A stretch of DNA of 64,000 bases from an uncultured Bacteroidales bacterium (GTDB lineage: Bacteria; Bacteroidota; Bacteroidia; Bacteroidales; UBA10428). Within the stretch, counting starts at the first letter, position 1. Each line of letters opens with the position of its first letter. Made by a program: the position numbers and the translations under genes. Below are positions 59,174 through 64,000 of this stretch, piece after piece. The notes under the pieces are model-generated. The model was not told where the DNA came from, searched no databases, and was given only the letters and a program-made list of their open reading frames with translations. The stretch spans positions 50,696 through 114,695 of the forward strand of contig CAZDCD010000013.1 in assembly GCA_964503885.1 (NCBI GenBank), read 5' to 3'.

Positions 59174-60025
59174 TCAGGGAGTGGTAATCGCCTCTTTAAC
59201 AAGTAAAAGATACTGTCTTGAAACGGGTATTTCTTCGGGATAACCTGATAGTTTTAGTTTATAACCTGCATATCCATGTGTAAAATCAAGCACAAATTTT
59301 TTGTTTACTATGCATGTACGATGTGTACGGATGAATTCCGAATACTTTTTTAACTGTGTTTCAATATTTCGTAATGTATTGCGGATCAACTTCTGTTGAA
59401 TTTTCTCATCGTCCTTATATAAGATCTCCACATAATTATCGGCTGATTTTACTAAAATTAGATCGTCTATATTCAGCTTAATGATTTCAGATTTATTGTC
59501 GGAACTAAAAACTTCCACGGGTTTGCCTTTTTCTTCTGTATCAGATAAAAGAAGAGAAAGATTGTTATTCTTTTCGATCAGGGCCTGCAATAAATTGTTT
59601 AGGGATTTACGTGTATCGGATGTTATCAGTATAACCAAAGGAACAAGGCTAACCAGTGCAATTTTAAAAATCAGGTACATCGACATTCTCAAAGGACCGA
59701 CATACCGGATATAAAAAACAAAAGCCAGTGAATTAAACAGCCAGATCAATACATAAATCAATGTTTCGGAATGGATGTCCCATTTATTAAAACGTAAAAA
59801 TCCATGAAATGTATAAGGGATTAAGATGCGAAATATCCACATCATAAGATAGGTAATACCTCCAAGTCCTGCAGTATATAAAAGTTTTTCGTCTATGTTG
59901 GGACGGACAGATCCAAAAGGTTGAAAAAACAGGATAAACAAAAATATTCCCAGGCTGATGCCAAAAAATAATTTTAGCTGTTCTTTGAGAGTATATAATG
60001 GGGAAGAATTATTTAACGGATTCAT
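59174..60025 (-). CDS. Membrane-tethered LytTR-family DNA-binding protein (no receiver domain)
   Basis: 283 aa. Four N-terminal TM helices. C-terminal LytTR pattern ILVKSADNYVEILY...IRTHRTCIVNKKFV. Confidence 0.8.
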   Translation of the reverse strand: MNPLNNSSPLYTLKEQLKLFFGISLGIFLFILFFQPFGSVRPNIDEKLLYTAGLGGITYLMMWIFRILIPYTFHGFLRFNKWDIHSETLIYVLIWLFNSLAFVFYIRYVGPLRMSMYLIFKIALVSLVPLVILITSDTRKSLNNLLQALIEKNNNLSLLLSDTEEKGKPVEVFSSDNKSEIIKLNIDDLILVKSADNYVEILYKDDEKIQQKLIRNTLRNIETQLKKYSEFIRTHRTCIVNKKFVLDFTHGYAGYKLKLSGYPEEIPVSRQYLLLVKEAITTP

Positions 60026-60394
60026 CTCATTGTTTAATATTAATGGCTATAAAGAATTGATTAACAAATTTCTAAAATTTATTTAGGCTCAATATCTAAT
60101 TTAAGTCACTAATGGTCATAAGAAAGACCTTTAGAATGAGGGAAAAATGAACAAATTATTGGTAAAGTGGCAGTTATTCCTAAATTCATTGACTTTATTT
60201 TCACCATCTATAAATTATATACATTTTTTTCGTAAAAAATATTACAGTAAAGTTATTACCTTTTCCGGTAAATTGAACCAGTCTTATTTAATTTTTCTAT
60301 CTAAAATAATCAATTGAAGCCTGTTTTAATACTTTGTTAATCTATCCTCCAACCGGTTAACCGCCCTGTACAGATTTTAAGTGTTATATCTATT

Positions 60395-60583
60395 CTATAA
60401 AACTGCTGTTATTCTGAAAACAGCAGTAAGCTCACTGGTAATGATCGCCGGATAAATTTTAGCTGCATTATCAAACGGGATCCAAAACGCCTTTTTATCT
60501 TGATATGTACTATTTTTACTCTTCAAATTTCTTTTTATGGTTGGTTTCTGCAAAAATATCGAATAGTATCTTCGATTTTGCAT
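60395..60583 (-). pseudogene. Possible N-terminal remnant of a condensation/alcohol-acetyltransferase-like gene
   Basis: The 62-aa ORF contains WIPFDNAAKIYPAI, which I recall as the start of about 450-aa acyltransferase-like proteins. The ORF ends inside a perfect hairpin ACTGCTGTT/AACAGCAGT (about 60401-60428), and no continuation is seen. Confidence 0.3.
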
Positions 60584-60615
60584 GAATCTTGCTATTAGTT
60601 AACGCTTAATTTCAT

Positions 60616-61065
60616 ATGAAAGAACTGACAATAATATTTTTTAGCTCATGGAAATTTGCCGCTACTTTTCCGCTGGCCATTTATGCCATGAAAATGTCGA
60701 CGACTGAAACCCTTGTATATACAAATGCCGGTGGCATAATCGGCGTTCTCGTTTTTGTTTTTTTTTCAGATATGCTTCTTAAAGCATACAACAGATACTG
60801 GCCCGCAAGCCTGAAATTTAAAAAGAAAACACGGGTTGTTTTTACAAAAAGGAACAGGCGATTGGTCAGCATCAAAAAAAAATACGGGTTATCCGGGATT
60901 GTTATCCTTAGCCCGCTGATCCTCTCGATACCCATAGGGGCATTTCTTACTGTAAAATATTACGGGAAGAAAAAAACAAACATACTCTGGCTTATTGCCG
61001 GACAAATTTTCTGGTCAGCTATTTATACATTGTTTTATACACGAATAAGGACAACTTTTCTTTAA
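60616..61065 (+). CDS. Small membrane protein (4 predicted TM helices), function unknown
   Basis: 149 aa. Hydrophobic segments separated by a KKKTRVVFTKRNRRL basic loop. Confidence 0.55.
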   Translation: MKELTIIFFSSWKFAATFPLAIYAMKMSTTETLVYTNAGGIIGVLVFVFFSDMLLKAYNRYWPASLKFKKKTRVVFTKRNRRLVSIKKKYGLSGIVILSPLILSIPIGAFLTVKYYGKKKTNILWLIAGQIFWSAIYTLFYTRIRTTFL

Positions 61066-61100
61066 TTCATCTACCTCCGATAACCCAACCAGACAATATA

Positions 61101-61560
61101 CTTAACGTGAGTTCGGCATAAAAATATTTTTATACAGGATTAATAGCATATTCCTATTTACCAAAGAAACCTTCTCTAAACCTGGAGATTATCGATCAAT
61201 CATTGGCTTTAGCTTGTTAATATTATGTCGAACTCACGATAAATTAAAACTATTTGGCATATACAGTATGATCATTAGTATTTAAAATCTTACTGGTTAA
61301 CATGCTCTTATAGAGAAAACCCCGGAGGGGTTAAATATGAATAGCCCCGGATAAAATCCGGCGTAAGACATCAAACTCTAAAACAGAACCCTAAAGGGGT
61401 TCAACCAGATAATTAGCAACATATCAACCACAGGTTTCACCTGTGGCTATTCACATTTAACCCTGTCTGCCGATAGGCAGGCGCTTCGCGGTTATATCTC
61501 ATTAACAACAATATAGCACATTTGAATTGAAATTCTTATATCGAACTCACGTTACTTAAG
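61101..61560. repeat. Inverted-repeat-bounded, hairpin-rich non-coding element (MITE/REP-like)
   Basis: TAACGTGAGTTCG (61103-61115) is the reverse complement of CGAACTCACGTTA (61542-61554). A third direct copy, CGAACTCACG, is at 61229-61238. The interior at 61318-61490 holds six consecutive short GC stems. Confidence 0.6.
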
Positions 61561-61620
61561 TAAAAATCTAAAGTACCGGAATTATCCCTTCATAACCTAT
61601 GAATTATGTATCAGTTATTT

Positions 61621-61628
61621 TACCTTTG
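61621..61628 (+). promoter_or_regulatory. Candidate -7 box (TACCTTTG) for the AraC-family gene
   Basis: Exact TAnnTTTG match, 41 nt upstream of the TTG start at 61669. Confidence 0.4.
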
Positions 61629-61668
61629 CACAGGAAATATGATGCAACAAGTTTAGTACTTCTCTAAA

Positions 61669-62229
61669 TTGAAACTCTATATTAAAAATATGGTCTGCAT
61701 CCGGTGTAAGATGGTTGTTAAGTCTGAACTGGAAAAACTGGGGTTGCATTTTGTGTCGGTAGAATTGGGTGAAGCAGTAATCATGGAAAACATTTCGCCT
61801 GAGAAACTAAAGTTGTTTGATGAAAGCCTGAAAAGATCGGGACTTGAACTGATGGACAATAAAAAAAGCATGCTGATTGAAAAAATTAAGAACAGTATTG
61901 TAGAGCTGGTGCATTATTCAGAAGATCAGATAAAAGTTAATCTGTCGGATTACCTAAGTGAAAAGCTGAATTTTGACTATACATATCTTGCAAACATTTT
62001 CTCTGAAGTTCAGGGTACCACGATCGAGAAATTTTATATTGCCCACAAAATTGAAAAAGTCAAGGAACTGATTGTATATGACGAACTCAATTTGACCGAA
62101 ATAGCAGATAAATTGCATTACAGCAGTGTTTCCCATCTTTCGAACCAATTTAAAAAAATCACCGGCCTCACACCTTCACACTTCAAGAAACTTAAGGAAA
62201 AAAGACGGATTGCACTCGAAGATGTGTGA
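61669..62229 (+). CDS. AraC-family transcriptional regulator with small HMA-like N-domain
   Basis: 186 aa. MKLYIKNMVCIRCKMVV (ferredoxin-like HMA-type start). C-terminal HTH_AraC LTEIADKLHYSSVSHLSNQFKKITGLTPSHF. Apparent TTG start. Confidence 0.8.
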   Translation: MKLYIKNMVCIRCKMVVKSELEKLGLHFVSVELGEAVIMENISPEKLKLFDESLKRSGLELMDNKKSMLIEKIKNSIVELVHYSEDQIKVNLSDYLSEKLNFDYTYLANIFSEVQGTTIEKFYIAHKIEKVKELIVYDELNLTEIADKLHYSSVSHLSNQFKKITGLTPSHFKKLKEKRRIALEDV

Positions 62230-62361
62230 ATTATGCAATTCTATTCCGGAATTGTGTAAAAAGATTGGAATTTATATTTCTGACCTTTACACAACGAATA
62301 CAATAAATTCCGGGAAATAAGTATATCATGATGCTATTTTCCGGTTTTATGCATTTCCCAG

Positions 62362-62781
62362 ATGATCAAAACTCCGAAATATTATCTTAATGAGATCTTC
62401 AATAAATTTATTGAGCCTTATTTTTCGCTAAATAATTATATTATTTCATTGGAATGGGATACTATTTATGGTGCATATAAATATGTAGTTACTCCCAAAG
62501 GGAACCTCAATAAGTTTATCAGCCTTTACCTTTTCGGACATGGTATGAAAAATAATTTTGAAATGAGAATCATATATACCCATATTGATGAATTCAATAA
62601 TCATTATACAAAAAAACTAACATTTTTACTGGCATTTGATGACATAAACAGGTTCAATAATTTTTACAAAGACTTTATAAACGAACTCGATGAAAAGAGT
62701 TTGAACGATATCAATATCGGGGTATTACGACCAATACTCCCTGTTTTCATACCAAAGCGCCGTGGAAAATATACCTCATAA
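62362..62781 (+). CDS. Hypothetical protein (139 aa), AT-rich, no recognisable domain
   Basis: ORF only. N/K/I/F/Y-rich composition. Confidence 0.4.
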   Translation: MIKTPKYYLNEIFNKFIEPYFSLNNYIISLEWDTIYGAYKYVVTPKGNLNKFISLYLFGHGMKNNFEMRIIYTHIDEFNNHYTKKLTFLLAFDDINRFNNFYKDFINELDEKSLNDINIGVLRPILPVFIPKRRGKYTS

Positions 62782-62917
62782 TGCTTCATTGAGATAAAAA
62801 CAGAATCTTGATGCAAGTATGCATCTATTTGAATTAAGCCTTGAAATTTAAAATTGTTTTTAAGTTGAGATTAATATTAGTGAAAAATCCACATTACCAT
62901 AAAACCAATTAAAAATA

Positions 62918-64000
62918 ATGAATATTCTATTTGTTTATCCGCTCTATCCCGATTCATTCTGGAGTTTCAGCCATGCCCTGCGATTTATCTCTAAAAAAGC
63001 AGCAGTGCCTCCTTTAGGGTTAATAACAGTATCTGCTATGCTGCCGTCTGACTGGCAGAAAAAACTGGTGGATATGAATGTTACAGCACTAAAGACAAAA
63101 GACTTACAATGGGCCGATTATGTGTTTATCAGTGCAATGTATATTCAAAAGGAATCGGTCAACAAAATTATTGACATATGTGTAGAAAATGACGTTAAAA
63201 TGGTCGCCGGTGGCCCCCTGTTTACCCGGGAATTTAAAAACTATCCACAGATTGACCATTTTATCCTGAATGAAGCAGAAATTACATTGCCCCTGTTTCT
63301 GAACGATTTAAGCAATGGCATTCCGAAAAAGGTATACAGAACGGATAAGTATTCAGATATTTCGCATACCCCGACACCTGATTACCACCTTTTATCAGGG
63401 AAAAAGTATGCGTTTATGAACATCCAGGTCTCAAGAGGATGCCCCTTCAATTGTGAATTTTGTGAAATAACGTCTCTTTTTGGTCACAGGGTCAGAACAA
63501 AATCGATTAAGCAGATCATTGATGAACTTGATGCATTGAACAACCTGAACTGGCGTGGACCGGTATTTATCGTGGACGATAATTTCATAGGGAATAAAAG
63601 TGAAATCAAAAATAATTTGCTGCCGGCAATGAAAAAATGGATGCAAAGGAATAAATACCCGTTTACATTCAATACAGAAGCTTCAATTAATCTTGCAGAT
63701 GACGAAGAATTAATGCGGCTGATGGTTGAAACAGGATTTAATTCGGTTTTTATCGGTATCGAAACTCCCGAAGAAAGTTCTCTTCATGAATGCAATAAGG
63801 TTCAGAATAAAAACCGCAATCTTTTGATGAGTATTAAGAAGATACAACAGGCGGGATTACAGGTTTCAGGAGGATTTATTGTGGGTTTCGATAATGATTC
63901 GCCGGCTGTTTTCCAGCATCAGATCGATTTTATCCAGCAAAGCGGAATCGTATCGGCTATGGTGGGATTGCTGAATGCACCGAAAAACACCCGGCTTTAT
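62918..64000 (+). CDS. B12-binding-domain radical SAM enzyme, paralog B (3' end outside the window)
   Basis: Absent from the ORF track because no stop is reached. ATG at 62918, frame open to 64000. Translation MNILFVYPLYPDSFWSF...PPLGL...SRGCPFNCEFCEI...GFIVGFDNDSPAVFQHQIDFIQQSGIVSAMVGLLNAPK is collinear with paralog A. Confidence 0.85.
   Translation, partial: MNILFVYPLYPDSFWSFSHALRFISKKAAVPPLGLITVSAMLPSDWQKKLVDMNVTALKTKDLQWADYVFISAMYIQKESVNKIIDICVENDVKMVAGGPLFTREFKNYPQIDHFILNEAEITLPLFLNDLSNGIPKKVYRTDKYSDISHTPTPDYHLLSGKKYAFMNIQVSRGCPFNCEFCEITSLFGHRVRTKSIKQIIDELDALNNLNWRGPVFIVDDNFIGNKSEIKNNLLPAMKKWMQRNKYPFTFNTEASINLADDEELMRLMVETGFNSVFIGIETPEESSLHECNKVQNKNRNLLMSIKKIQQAGLQVSGGFIVGFDNDSPAVFQHQIDFIQQSGIVSAMVGLLNAPKNTRLY

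Overview
This 64-kb window looks like a chromosomal segment from an anaerobic member of the Bacteroidota. The assignment rests on T9SS C-terminal sorting domains, BACON repeats, CarboxypepD_reg-type TonB-dependent receptors, an ECF sigma/FecR/STN-receptor triad, TAnnTTTG -7 promoter boxes, and HydF plus Hdr-like Fe-S proteins. About 50 protein-coding genes are densely packed. Most are housekeeping: ribBA, fmt, panB, dnaK, xseA, ddl, pheT, O-acetylhomoserine sulfhydrylase, aspA, hydF. I recognised no rRNA, tRNA, CRISPR array, integrase or transposase. Four things stand out. (1) An accessory, partly AT-rich locus (about 53.5 kb to the window end) encodes three B12-binding radical-SAM enzymes, a front-end-type membrane desaturase and an SDR, flanked by LytTR and AraC regulators. 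(2) Two of those radical-SAM paralogs, in inverted orientation, share a 110-nt tract that is 109/110 identical, although the genes are diverged elsewhere. This suggests gene conversion or a recombination-invertible 5.8-kb segment. (3) A compact five-gene Hdr-like operon (HdrC-HdrB-short HdrA-ferredoxin-membrane HdrE/HdrD fusion) has no recognisable partner genes in the window. (4) A 35-codon ORF ending in MCCCCCFC lies upstream of the sulfide-assimilating O-acetylhomoserine sulfhydrylase gene and is a candidate cysteine-sensing leader peptide. Two hairpin-rich repeat blocks, a decayed MNT/HEPN module and other gene remnants are also noted. All functional calls come from reading the supplied translations for motifs; no database search was run.
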